From assembly GCA_038087875.1 (NCBI GenBank), contig CM076001.1, positions 870,001-934,000 on the forward strand: a stretch of DNA of 64,000 nt. The letters run 5' to 3'. The position numbers were made by a program, and so were the translations under genes. This stretch comes from Malacoraja senta (Eukaryota). Position 1 is the stretch's first letter. Each line of letters opens with the position of its first letter. The notes beneath the pieces are model-generated. The model did no database searches. It worked only from the letters and a program-made list of their open reading frames with translations, and was not told the origin of the DNA. This document shows positions 35,701 through 48,735 of the stretch, in pieces.

Positions 35701-36030
35701 TTTAAAACCACTCTTTAAAGAAGTGTTCACTAAATAGTTAATATTATCCCTTGTAAAGCACTGAAATCTTTCTATCTAGCCTACTTCAAAATTATTCTCA
35801 AAAATCCGTGTCACCTGCTGAAATATTGAACTAATTATTATAAAAGAATCTGAATGCTGAATGTTTGAAATATATTGAACAGGCTCACTTTGAGATCACA
35901 TTTCAGAGGGAGCCGTAGAATGTAAAAAGAGAAGTGTGACAGAAGTTTATTTTCAGAATTAAATCAATCAGCTGTTTTTAATTGAATTGTAGCATCGATA
36001 AGGTGAATTGCCACAGTCTTTTCCTCAGGC

Positions 36031-38285
36031 AAACATAGAAACATAGAAACATAGAAAATAGGTGCAGGAGGAGGCCATTCGGCCCTTTGAGCCAGCACCG
36101 CCATTCATTGTGATCATGGCTGATCGTCCCCTATCAATAACCCGTGCCTGCCTTCTCCCCATAACCCTTGACTCCACTAGCCCCTAGAGCTCTATCTAAC
36201 TCTCTCTTAAATCCATCCAGTGACTTGGCCTTCACTGCCCTCTGTGGCAGGGAATTCCATAAATTCACAACTCTCTGGGTGAAAAAGTGTTTTCTCACCT
36301 CAGTCTTAAATGACCTCCCCTTTATTCTAAGACTGTGGCCCCTGGTTCTGGACTCGCCCAACATTGGGAACATTTTTCCTGCATCTAGCTTGTCCAGTCC
36401 TTTTATAATTTTATATGTTTCTATAAGAGCCCCCCCTCATCCTTCTAAACTCCAGTGAATTCAAGCCTAGTCTTTTCAATCTTTCCTCATATGACAGTCC
36501 CGCCATCCCAGGGATCAATCTCGTGAACCTACGCTGCACTGCCTCAATCACAAGGATGTCCTTCCTCAAATTAGGAGACCAAAACTGTACACAATACTCC
36601 AGATGTGGTCTCACCAGAGCCCTATACAACTGCAGAAGAACCTCTTTACTCCTATACTGAAATCCTCTTGTTATGAAGGCCAACATTCCATTAGCTTTAT
36701 TCACTGCCTGCTGTACCTGTAAGCCAACTTTCAGGTGTACAAGGACGCCCAGGTCTCGCTGCACCTCCCCCTTACCTAACCTAACCCCATTGAGATAATA
36801 ATCTGCCCTCTTGATTTTGCCGCCAAAGTGGATAACCTCACATTTATCTATATTATACTGCATCTGCCACGCGTCTGCCCACTCACTCAACCTGTCCAGG
36901 TCACCCTGCAACCTCCTAACATCCTCTTCACAGTTCACACTGCCACCCAGCTTTGTGTCATCCGCAAACTTGCTAGTGTTGCTCCTAATTCCCTCTTCCA
37001 AATCATTAATATATATGGTAAACAATTGCGGCCCCAACACCGAGCCTTGCGGCACTCCACTCGCCACTGACTGCCATTCTGAAAAGGACCCGTTCACTCC
37101 TACTCTTTGCTTCCGGTCTGCCAACCAATTTTCTATCCATGTCAACACCCTACCCCCAATACCATGTGCTCTAATTTTAGTCACCAGTCTCCCGTGCGGG
37201 ACCTTATCAAAGGCTTTCTGAAAGTCTAGATACACTACATCCACTGGCACCCCTACATCCACTTTACTTGTCACATCCTCAAAAAATTCCAGAAGATTAG
37301 TCAAGCATGATTTCCCTTTCATAAATCCATGTTGACTTGGACTAATCCTTTTACTGCTATCCAAATGCCCCATTATTACCTCTTTAATAATTGATTCCAG
37401 CATCTTTCCCACCACCGAAGTCAGGCTAACTGGTCTGTAATTCCCCGTTTTCTCTCTCGCTCCTTTTTTGAAAAGTGGGATAACATTAGCTATCCTCCAA
37501 TCCACAGGAACTGATCCTGAATCTATTGAACATTGGAAAATGATCACCAATGTGTCCACTATTTCTAGAGCCACCTCCCTGAGGACCCTTGGATGTAGAC
37601 CATCAGGCCCAGGGGATTTATCATCCTTCAGTCCCATTAGCCTACCCAATACTATTTCTCGCCTAATGAAAATTTCTTTCAGTTCCTCTACCCCCTTAGA
37701 TCCTCTGTCCTCCAGTACATCTGGGAGATTGTTTGTGTCTTCCTTAGTGAAGAGAGATCCGAAGTACCTATTCAACTCATCTGCCATTTCCTTGTTGCCC
37801 ATAATAATTTCACCCGTGTCTGCCTTCAAGGGACCCACGTTTGACTTTGCTACTCTTTTTCCCTTAACATATCTAAAGAAGCTTTTACTGTCCTTCTTTA
37901 TATTCCTGGCCAGCTTCCCTTCGTACTTCATCTTTTCAGCCCGTATTGCCCGTTTTGTTTCCTTCTGTTGTCCTATGAAAGTTTCCCAATCCTCTGGCTT
38001 CCGGCTACTCTTTGCTGTGTTATACATCTTTTCTTTTAGTTTTATTCTATCCCTAACTTCTCTTGTCAGCCACGGTTGCCTCCTACTCCCCTTAGAATCT
38101 TTCTTCCTTTTTGGAATGAAATGATCCTGCGCCTTCCGGATTATGCCCAGAAATTCCTGCCATTGCTGTTCCACCGTCATTCCTGCTAGGATCCCTTTCC
38201 AGTCTACCTTGGCCAGCTCCCCTCTCATGCCTTCATAGTCCCCTTTGTTCAACTGCATCACTGACACTTCCGATTTAACGTTCTC
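36031..38285 (-). mobile_element. Young 5'-truncated CR1 LINE nested in an older plus-strand CR1 (35997-36030 and 38300-38590)
   Basis: (AAACATAG)n tail at 36031-36060; long RT ORF; the older CR1 3' sequence continues across the insertion. Confidence 0.92.
36134..38267 (-). pseudogene. CR1 ORF2 RT region (618-aa open stretch, frameshift near 36430, no endonuclease domain)
   Basis: KSPGPDG, NYRPVSLTS, QHGFMKGKSCLTNL, YLDFQKAFD, SGVPQGSVLGP, KFADDTKL. Confidence 0.93.
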
Positions 38286-40521
38286 TAATAACGTTAACTA
38301 ATAAGGTAATCTAAGACGAGAGTGTAGTTGAAGATAAGAAGAGAACGTTTTAAAGGGGACCTAAGGGGCAACTTTTTCCACACAGAAGATGGTGCGTATA
38401 TCGACCAAGCTGCCAGAGGAAGTGGTAGAAGCAGGTACAATGCCGACATTTAAAAGACACTTGGACAGATGCATGGAAAGGAAACGTTTGGAGGGAGATG
38501 GACCAAGCACAAGCGAGTGAGACTAGCTTGGTCAGGCAACTTGCTTGGCATTGACAAGTTAGGGTTAAAGCCTTACATCCATGCTACATCACTTAATTAT
38601 TTAAGCCATTTTTCAACCACCAGGCATCACTAATATACTTATTTTTACTAACTCTATGAATATAAATTCTGTCTTATAAAGGTCTTGAAACACAGGCTAT
38701 ATGTTTTTTTTTCAATTACAATAGGAATTGGACCTCAATGAGAGGAGGCATTTGGCAAGGTGACCAAAAGATAGGTTGAAAAGCTACATTTTAACGAAAG
38801 AAACATGAGCTAACAAGGTGAGCAAACATGAGCAAACAGAAATGTGGTGTTGTGGCTTAATCAATTCATCTATGAACTCATTGAACGGCAATCAACCACG
38901 AACGGCTATTGTTACTGTTGCACCTATTTTGAATGTTTTTATGTACTCACTTGCTTTTTGCAAGTTTTATTGAGGAAATATCAGAAATTCATTTGTTTAA
39001 CAAATAAATTGGATTCATGAGCAGCCAAAAGTTACATTTTGTTCCTTTTATCCTGCAAGCATTTCAGCGTGTATTTGGCACCAATGACACTAACTGCATG
39101 GTTCAGTACCACACCTAGGTAGGTAATTTTACAACCTCTCTGGAAGACTAGCTTTCTAACCAAACATTTAACCTATCGATGAAGGTATCCACGGGTAAAT
39201 ACAAATTCCTTCTGACACAAAAAGAGTCGCGAGGCATGGCATTGTCTCTTTACTCAACTAATGAAGAAAAACTCCCCCCTGAGAGCTCCCTGTGCCATGA
39301 TAGTGGAATGATAACACCACAGGAACTGGCAAAACATATCCTCACCAGCTAAATGAAAACGAGGTAAAAAGAAACTAATATCGAGTATTATTTCAAAATT
39401 AGCCTCAAGACACCACAACCACTGTATATAAGGTGGTTTTTTAAAATCCTACTTTAATAAGGAGCACAGTTTTTAGTAATCCTCTCTAAACCATTAATTA
39501 TGTTGATTAAATGTAATTACATAATTTCAGCATCATTTGCACCAATTTGCCCACATGCCAGCCGATGCTTTCCAAAGTAATGAAACATATTAAATTGTAA
39601 AGGTGCACAGAGGTGTTAAATGGTTGAAGATCTGACATTATAAATCTCTATCTTTTATTCCGAGTGGTTTCATCCACTTTGCGACAATTAATAGACATAA
39701 TCAATCATAAGTCCACCCATTCAGATTTAATCAGACAATTGTTGTGTTATTAGCAATCATTGGGAGATTGTTTTTGGTATATAAAAACAACTTTGTGATT
39801 ATTGTTAAGTAATATTTGACACTGAAAATGAATCCTAGGCATATGCATTATATTCAAGTAGCAAATCGGAAATTAATAGAATACTTAATAGCCACATATC
39901 CTAAATTAACTCCATTAACAATATCCATTACTTTTAAAAGCACAAAATATTTATGCTCTGTCTTTAAACTATTATATAGATAGCATTCCAGAGGCAAGCA
40001 AATGTATTTTGTACTCAACCCATTATTTTCAATAATTCAATCCACTGTGCTTAAATTTATTCCCAGATATAAACCAATTTAAGAAAACCTTTGGCTTTCA
40101 ATAACATTTTTGACTGCTTTCAATTGTGACTCCATATTTTAAAATATTAAAAGTACAATATTCCAGTCGTTTTGAAAATGTGTGGTAGAGCCTCTGGTGA
40201 TCACCAATTAAGTTTGCTAATGGGAACTGAATGTATCCTATTAGATGTCTTAGAGGTAACCTAGCTGAATAATACTTCTAAAGACAAGCTGATAACTTAT
40301 TGGGAGTCTGTGACAACTAGTTACACAATAAAAGAGAAAAAGCGACGCTTGTCAATGAAATAGTAGCGGAAAATGGCAAAATGTTCCTGCCTTTTTCTAT
40401 AGGTAAGTTTTGGCCTGCTGTCAAAATATATTGGCACTAAATATTGCTAAATATGATAAGTGAAATGTTTCCAATAGTTTTTATATCTGCCACAGTGGAG
40501 AATTTCCTCACTCAACACCCA

Positions 40522-40535
40522 ACACCAGATGGCAC
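40522..40535 (+). promoter_or_regulatory. CTCF-like motif
   Basis: ACACCAGATGGCAC; motif match only. Confidence 0.3.
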
Positions 40536-40593
40536 CAATTGAAGCCTATGTGTTGAATACATTTCCATGTACAATATCCGTGATGTAAAGCAT

Positions 40594-40720
40594 AGGAAGG
40601 AACTGCAGGTGATGGTTTTACCTAAGATAGACACAATGTGCTGGAGTAACTCAGCGGGTCAGGCAGCATCGCTGGATAAAAAAAATGGGTGACGTTTTGG
40701 ATCAAAACCTTCTTCAGACT
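40594..40720 (-). mobile_element. PLE terminal repeat
   Basis: AGGAAGGAACTGCAGGTG...GGGTGACGTTTTGGATCAAAACCTTCTTCAGACT. Confidence 0.75.
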
Positions 40721-40949
40721 CAGTGATGTAAGGAAAGGCATCTGTACAGATGCAGTCTTGATAGGATTATGGACCGGGCATTCACTCGCTGGATCCAAAT
40801 AATAAAAATTAAAATAATGGACTGGCATTCCAGAAGGCTGTGGGGTTAGTGGATTTCAAGAACAAATTTTGCCTTAAATGTTTTCCTCATATCAGCACAG
40901 GAACCTGGAAACATTTAATTTAGTGATATTCCAAACCAATTTCTCCCTG

Positions 40950-42290
40950 AACATGGCAACACAAATAGATAGAGTGGTAAAGAAGGCAAATTGTATTCAT
41001 GCCTTCATCAGTCAGGGCACTGATTATAATGGGCCTGTCGCACTTAGGCCATTTTTCAGGCGACTGCTGACGACTGACAAGTCACCGGCAGTCGCCTAAA
41101 AAACCGGCGACTGGAACGGCGACTGTCAGAGTGGAACACACACACACACACACACACGTTGCTTCCTTCTCCTTCCCGTTATGCAGGCAGGGGACAGGGC
41201 AAGCGGGTGAGTGCTGTCGGAGTGAAATTCACACAGTGCAACGCCAATGTGATACAGACACACACCACGATGAACAGGAAGGCTGGCGCTGTAATTAAGA
41301 CAGCTAGCACAGTGTACGGTAAGTCCTTTAAAAGAAGGGGGGAGAGGGGGGAGAAGGGGGGAGAAAGAGTGGAGACAACTTTTAATAAGCCAGAGATACA
41401 CGGCTGTGAAGCTCGGCGGACATTTAACATTATCGGTCGGTTATCCTTGGTTCGAAAACTACTGCTTACCACTAGGTCCTCCTGGTGACCCACCTGCGGC
41501 ACGAGAATTCTCGCTACTCTCCATGGCGACTTCATTCTCGTCACCGCTAATTTTTCAACATGTTGAAAAATTTGCGCCGACCATAATGAGGCCGCGACCA
41601 GTTTCAGAATGCGGGAACTCCTCACGACCATGAAGGCGACTACCCGGCGAACATGCGGGAACCATGTGGCGACTGCATAGTCTCCTGCAGTCGCCTAAAA
41701 AGTCACCTAAGTGTGACAGGCCCATAAGTGTAAGAGTCAGAAGTCAGGAAGCTGCAACTTTATAGAACTTTAGGCCATATTTAGAATAGAGTGTTCCGTT
41801 TCTTGCCGTCCCATTAAAGGAAGGATGTAGAGCCTTTGGAGAGGTTTACCAGAATGCTGCCTGGATTAGAAGGTATTAGCTATATAGAAAGTTGGACAAC
41901 CTTTCCCCAGAACGTTGGAGGTTGAGCAGTGTCTGATGGATGTTTATAAGATTATGTTAGGCATTAAATAAGGTAGACAGTGAGAACCTTTCTCCCAGGG
42001 TGGAAATGTCAAGGACTGGAGGGCATAGTTTCAAGGTGAGAGGGGCAAAGTTTAAAAGAGATGCGCAGGGCGTTATTTTCACAGGGAATAGTCAGTGCCT
42101 GGAGTGTGCTGCAGGTAGTGGTGGAGGCAGATGTGACAGTGGCATTTAAGAGGCTTTTAACGTGAATATGCAGGAAATGGAGGAATATAGATCACGTGCA
42201 AGCAGAGATTATTTTAATTTGGCATCATGTTTGGCACGGACACTGTAGGCCGATGGGCATGTTCCTTTGCTTTACTGTTCTATATTCTAT
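40950..42290 (+). mobile_element. Old CR1 3' fragment interrupted by a MITE
   Basis: MATQIDRVVKKA before 41030; CR1 ORF2 end and 3' UTR resume after 41727. Confidence 0.8.
41030..41724. mobile_element. PIF/Harbinger-type MITE (695 bp)
   Basis: TIRs TGGGCCTGTCGCACTTAGG / CCTAAGTGTGACAGGCCCA; TSD TAA (41027-41029, 41725-41727). Confidence 0.88.
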
Positions 42291-43782
42291 GCATGTACAT
42301 TCCTGAATGGACTACGAGTACTGGCGAGCAGCAACAAGCATTGATTAAATTGAAACCACAAGCACAATGCATTAGATCACATGCTATTTGTCTAGCATTT
42401 TGTTCTGCCCTAGCTTCACTCTAATCCCATTGTATATTGCATTTGACGTATTTCAAATCTTTGTGCATGCATGGTTTCAATGCAGCAAATTCAAGCAAAG
42501 AATTCCTACATTCAGTAGAATTTTTGACAGTGAAAATTCACTTTGAGGTTAGGGCTAGCAGTGGCTAAATTGGATGGAACTGGAAAAAGACACGAGGAAC
42601 ACCACACCCGATTAAACCAGGTCTATATGGTAACTCACTTCTGTCTGCTTATTAACCTGATTTTTGTGTTTGGACTGTGCAAAATCCACTGTTCCCGCTC
42701 AGGAAGGCAACATTTGTGATCCCAGCCCCGCATTCAGTCAATACCTTGTCAACCAATCAACCCAAAGTTACAAAACTTTCAATCAAACTTCTGAAATTCT
42801 ATGGGAAAGGTCAGAAATTTAGAAAAAAAGAGAAAAGATTTATGATTTTTTTTAAAAGATATGCTCAACTACTCAATCTATTAAAATGCAGAGTGAGGAG
42901 AATAAGTTTGACAAAGAATCGATAAATAAAGGACACACCTTCAGTGCACTGGAAATGATTTTTACATATTGAAATAGTAGTGTGACAATAATTGTGGGTG
43001 AACTCATTAACAATTCACACACCACTTCATTCCATTCAAACTTCTTCTGTTTCTTTATCATATGCGAGTTCACTGCTGCCACAGAACAGTGTACTGAATT
43101 TCAAAGTCCAACATAACAAAAGGAATTTAAATGATTCAGAGGCTTTGCTTTGAGGCAGAAATTTTTATCCCAGCCATAGTTGGAGGGCAGTATTTCTGAC
43201 ACGCTTTTGTTCTGGGAGGTATCACATTTTCAGGGTTGTTGGCTTTTCCCAGGTTTATGGGTTGGCCTGTATGCCACTGACAACATATTAATAACTGCTG
43301 TGTCTTTAACAATGTTTGAAATCAAGGAGAATCCTTTGCATCAGCAAATGACACACAGTAAGTCAAATCCTTCTATCATGGATTCATAAAGCGTGGCCTG
43401 AATATTCTCACTATTATCCCAAACGCCCCTTCTCTACTGTAAGCAGTCTTGGGAGAGAGTTTCCAGGAGTCAGTGGCAATCTTGTATTTCTTCAAGGAGG
43501 TTTTTAGCAAATCTTTGATTCTTCACCTCTGTCTTCCTGGTAATCTCTTCCCAAGATAATTCAGAATAAAATGTCAATTTTGGAGTTTCAGATTCAAACA
43601 TGTTCAACTGAGTGTATATCCAGGGCTGCAATATTGGGGATTTTGACCTGCATGAGGACACTTACATTGCACTGTTGTTCTTCCTGTAATCTTAGTTTAT
43701 TGGTATGCATTTTTGCAATGCGATGCTTATTGTCTAGCAATTTTATTGTTATTCTTCCTATAGTTATTGCTGTATTACTACT

Positions 43783-44088
43783 TAGTTTAGTTTAGGTTAG
43801 AGATACAGAGTGGAAACAGGCCCTTCGGCTCATTGAGTCCACACCGACCAACTAGTTGTTATCCCAGTTTCGCATCCTACACACGAGGGGCAATTTGCAG
43901 AGGCCAATTAACCTACGATAATTAACAGCACGTTATTGGAATGTGAGAGGAAACCGGAGCACCCAGAGAAAAACCATGCAGACACAGGGAGAAGGTACAA
44001 TCTCAGTACAGACAGCACCCGCAGTCAGGATAAAACCTGGGTGTCTGGCGCTGTAAGGCAGCAACTGTACTGCTGTGCCACTGTGCCG
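43783..44088 (-). mobile_element. HE1-like tRNA SINE
   Basis: Reverse complement of the head GCGGCACAGTGGCACAGCAGTACAG, V-domain and (TTTAG)n tail. Confidence 0.85.
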
Positions 44089-45314
44089 CAAAATAGTGAT
44101 TGCATTGGTATTAATATTGTGTGAGATATGGTGAGTCCATCTCGCCCACTTTAAGTTTGGTTCCTACTGGCAATTGTTGTATTGGGGACTTATTTTATGT
44201 AGCACAGAAAGTCCTCTTGAGAACACTAGGAGACTGCATGATGAGTTACCTGCTACTGTGATTGCCGGTGATTAAAAGAACTATAGCCCAATTATCACCT
44301 ACAGGCCAGAGTGACTGGAGTAAATCAGAGGCAAAATTGTAGGGTTACATTCCTGTGAATTTGGTGGATTTCATGCAGACACCAAAGCGTAACCATTTAG
44401 TTACCCTCCAAGATGCCATAAGGCAGCAGTCAATCACATAAGGTCCCATTTAACTTTGGCTGGGTACGAGAGTTGAGTATAGGTAATAGAATTCTGATTC
44501 AATAGGCATATCAATACTATGGGACTACAATATGGAAGAAGGCAATTTTTCGGTCAATCTGAGATTTTGCTTTGCTCCCCATTTCACAGTACTTAGATGC
44601 TCCCTGCAGACTTCAACACACATCTTTATGAAATAGATTTTCTTTCTGTTTCACTGGGATTTGCCAAAGCATTTTGACAGCCATTCAATTCTGAGGCAAA
44701 TCACTCTTTTGAGCCCATAATTACCTAGTCTCAGTTTCAGAACAATTTTAATAGAATATCAAAATTATATTTAGTGAAATGAGCTCAGATATGATTATAG
44801 CTTTGTACCATTTTCCTTCTGTAAATGTCAGTGCAAATGCTGATTTGTTAAAATGTACTTACTGTTACCCGACTAATTAATAATGACTATATCTCATATC
44901 CAATTTGCTGGTTTATTAATATGAAGAGGTTGCACAATCTAAATCACATGCCGAGAATGTGTGCGTCTGATGACATTTCTGTGTGCAGTTTTACAATTGT
45001 AAGTGTGAAAAATGTGTCCTGCCAAAATATTTCTAATGCTGGTTTTTTTTTTGAATGATCTCTGCACAAATGCATTATGATTTGTTTTGAGAGCATGCCA
45101 ATTCAAGTAAGGGGGGATTCGTTTTTACAGCATTCAAACTGTGTAATGCCACCAAGGGGAAAGCGAAAGATAAAAAATTGGTACTTATTAAATCAGTTGC
45201 GATGAAAAACCTCAATGAGAAACTGATATTATTTTCAATCTCCGCAAGTGATACGGTTGCTGAATCAGTTTATAAGGCACTGTTCTAGAGCAACATCAAC
45301 CCACCATCATATTA

Positions 45315-46613
45315 TTATGTGCCGTACTGCTTAGGTTTCGCAGCACCAGGGCATGTTAGAACCTCAGCAGCAATGAGAGTTGGTACACATTGTTTTAAGC
45401 ATTGCCTGAAGTTGCCACACACAAAGGTGGCCATCAGGATGAGGGCGATGTTGGGCACATGTTTGTCCCCATTGTCTGCCGAGTTATGCATCGTGACCCA
45501 TCGGACCTGCTCCATATTTGATCCCCAGATGAACTGGAAGATGGCCTGGATGATTGCTGAGGCAGAGAAGCGGGGGACAGTCCACACCTGCACCGTGCAG
45601 CAGCTCCGAGACCACATCGTACCTGGTGTTGCGGACATTGGGCCTGGCACCACTGACGAGCAATATGCCAGTTGTCGCACCGCCTGTCCTTTGTGTAAGT
45701 GTTCTTCCAAACCAACACATTTGACCATAAGTTATTCGGGCAGTGGTCAGCACAGAACATCATGCAGGCACTGCAGGACAAGGACTTGATGGATCCTGTG
45801 GTGTGGTTCCCTGAGCAGACTGCCCAGCTTGTCAGCTGAAATGCCTCATCACCAGAACTCACCAACAAGCACCAAAACCTCGCTTGGCTGGCGGTGAGAG
45901 GGACCCTCACACCCAGGTCCTTCCTGTGTCGTCAGTCTTACTAACAGTTGCCCTAGGGTTGGCTGCCACGGAGAGGAGATGGTTGGCCACCTCTTTGCAG
46001 AGTGTACATTTGCGAGGAGGGTCTAGAAAATGATGCAAGGGTGCTTGTCAAGGTTCATCCTAAACAGCTCCATAACAAATGACTGTCTGATATACTGGCT
46101 GTTTGTTCCCAGGGATTCATTTGAAGATGGACATCATGTGCTGCTGGAAGACCATCAACTCGGCAGAAGAACTCAGTTGCTGTAATTGTAACTGAGCACA
46201 ATAGGTTTTGGTGTCAACTTTTCCATCATTCGTGGATGTCAGAAAATCAAGTAGAGCTATTGTACATGTAACAGGTCACTGCAAAACAATAACCAGCTCT
46301 TAACCAGCTATAAAATAAAGACATACCAGTCCAACTCTCTCTTGAAAGCATCCAGAGAATTGGTCTCCACTGCCTTCTGAGGCAGAGAATTCCAGATTCA
46401 CAATTCTCAGGGTGAAAAGGTTTTTCCTCATCTCCGTTCTAAATGGCTTACCCCTTATTGTGAGTGGCAAGGATGTTTTGTTTTAAAGATAGGTGCAAAC
46501 ACTACTGAATATGGCATAATGTATAGATGCTGAGAATGTCCAAAGAGTTTTTGCAGTTTTTGTTTTGTACATATTTTTCATTCTGAATAAATTTTATCAT
46601 CAGGGGAAAAAAA
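45315..46613. mobile_element. Degenerate Tx1/L1-like LINE with internal inversion
   Basis: Minus strand 45315-45690: IFQFIWGSNMEQVR...VPNIALILMATFVCG. Plus strand 45690-46170: SSPELTNKHQNLAWLAVRG...CPRVGC.GEEMVGHLFAEC (zinc-knuckle-like). AATAAA and an A-run near 46590-46613. Confidence 0.65.
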
Positions 46614-46931
46614 TTTGGAGTGACTCAGTTTCAGAGGTGAGAAAATATTCTCCTGTGGCTAGAGGACTGACAATTTTTTTGCTTTTAATGTTTCTCCCAA
46701 GAATATGCCATCATTGTTTGCTGGACAGTTTCTAACAGAGGCGGTGTATGTTTTGCAGTACACCTGATGTACTGCTGTAATTGTAACTGAGCACATTAGG
46801 TTTTGGTGTCAACTATACCATCATTTGTGGATGTCAGAAAATCCAGGAGAGCTATTGCACATGTAACAGGTCACTGCAAAACAATATTAAAATCCCTCTA
46901 AACCAGCTATAAAATACAGACATACGAGTCC
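46178..46931 (+). repeat. Dispersed ~155-bp direct repeat (46178-46332 and 46773-46931)
   Basis: TGCTGTAATTGTAACTGAGCACA...CTATAAAATA.AGACATAC.AGTCC occurs twice with scattered differences. Confidence 0.9.
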
Positions 46932-48080
46932 TCCCACAACAGCACCATCTAGCCTGGAGGAATATTATGACTGCAGGCCTACAGAATTGTATACATTGCC
47001 AGTATTTTGCTTCTTCCTTTACATACTTGTATGCATACAAAAAGCAGATGAGAGTCCTTCTTATGTGTCAAATAAGAAGGAAATAACATCAGCTAAAGGT
47101 AAGAGTTTTATTTAAGCTTTCATATTATGTGCTTTGTTTTAACTATTTGGAAGATGTTAGCATCACTGGAGAGGGCAACATTGATTGCCCAACTTAAATT
47201 CTCTTTAATTGAATAGAGGTCTGTGGCTCTGGAGTCACACAAAGATAAGGAAGGGAGACAGGTTTTCTCCCCTCAATGAAATTCTCACAATTTGGCAGTT
47301 TCATCATCAGCATTATTGATACGTTTATAATTCAAGGTTCGTGTAAACAATTTTACATTTCCCATCTGACGTGGTACGATTTAAACATCGTGGATTATTA
47401 GCTGAGGTTCCGGATTATAGCAAGCTAACAAAAATTTTACCACAGTCATAATGGTGATTGACAATTATACAAAACAAATTTTCAGTTCCTCAAAAGAAAG
47501 TAAAAAGAATCAAGTTTGCATACCAGAATGCGGAATGCTAATATCTTTAATTTAAGTAAATGATGTACTCCTCCAACTAACTATACTTTATCACACAATA
47601 AAACAGGCAAAAATACTAAAGATGGGTCCCAACCCGAAACCTCACCTATCCATGTTCTCCAGAGTTGCTGCCTGACCCGCTGAGTTACTCCAACACTTTG
47701 TGTCTTTTATGTAAACCAGTGCCTGCAGTTCCTTGTGTCAAACGTAAGGCTAAAATATTCCCAATAGTCATATATACTGAAATGTTTTATACAGTAAGAA
47801 GGGAGAGCTATTTCATTTAAAATCAAACAGTGGTCACATTTTAATGAAAATCAAAAGCAGTTTAATTTTGGGTTTAATGATAAACATATCACATGATCAT
47901 TACAGGCCATTAATTAATACATTGCAGTGAACCAATAATGAGAATGATCATGTCTATTCTTCAAAGGTAATACAAATGAGTTAGGTAAGGCAAATTATGT
48001 TTTCATTTCCATGTATTTACATTGATCCTTACCTGTACCACAAAACATAAACTGCTGCACGAACTCAGTGGACAAGGAAC

Positions 48081-48246
48081 AGCTTTGGAGGCAAAGAATC
48101 AGTCTAAGAGTCACGCAGCAAGGAAACATAGAAACATAGAACAATATGTGCAGGAGTAGGCCATTCGGCCCTCCTGCACATATTGTTCTATGTTTCTATG
48201 TTTCCTTGCTGCGTGACTCTTAGACTGATTCTTTGCCTCCAAAGCT
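48081..48246. repeat. Perfect inverted repeat, 76-bp arms, 14-bp loop
   Basis: 48081-48156 is the exact reverse complement of 48171-48246. Confidence 0.95.
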
Positions 48247-48735
48247 ATTCAATATGATTATGGCTGATCATCTAAAATCAGTACCTCGTTCCTGTTTTTT
48301 TGCCCATATCCCTAGATTCCTTTAGCCCTAAGAGCTAAATCTAACTCTCCCTAGAAAGTATCCAGTGAATCGGACTCCACTATCTTCTGTGGCAGAGAAT
48401 TCCACAGATTCACAATTCTCTGTATGAAATTTTTTTTTCCTCATCCCAATTCCTGAATGGCCTACCCCTTATTCTTAAACTGTGACCCCTGGTTCTGGAC
48501 TCCACCAACATCGGGAACATTTTTCCTGCATCTAGCCCGTCTAATCCCTTAAGAATTTTATATTCTCTCCTCTCATCCTTCTAAATTCCAGTCAATACAA
48601 GCCCAGTGACCCATTCTTTCATCATATGTCAGTCCCACCATCCTGGGAATTAACCTGGTGAACCTATGCTGCACTCCCTCAATAGCAATAATGTCCTTCC
48701 TCAAATTAGGAGTCCAAAATTGTACACAATACTCC
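48124..48735 (-). mobile_element. CR1 3' fragment
   Basis: (AAACATAG)n tail; similar to 36031-36600; interrupted by the fold-back arm. Confidence 0.85.

Noticed and set aside
36811..38124. Plus-strand ORFs of 136 and 218 aa (also 59267-61554)
   Set aside because: Antisense shadows of CR1 ORFs.
43470..43661. 63-aa minus-strand ORF
   Set aside because: No recognisable homology and no convincing splice sites.
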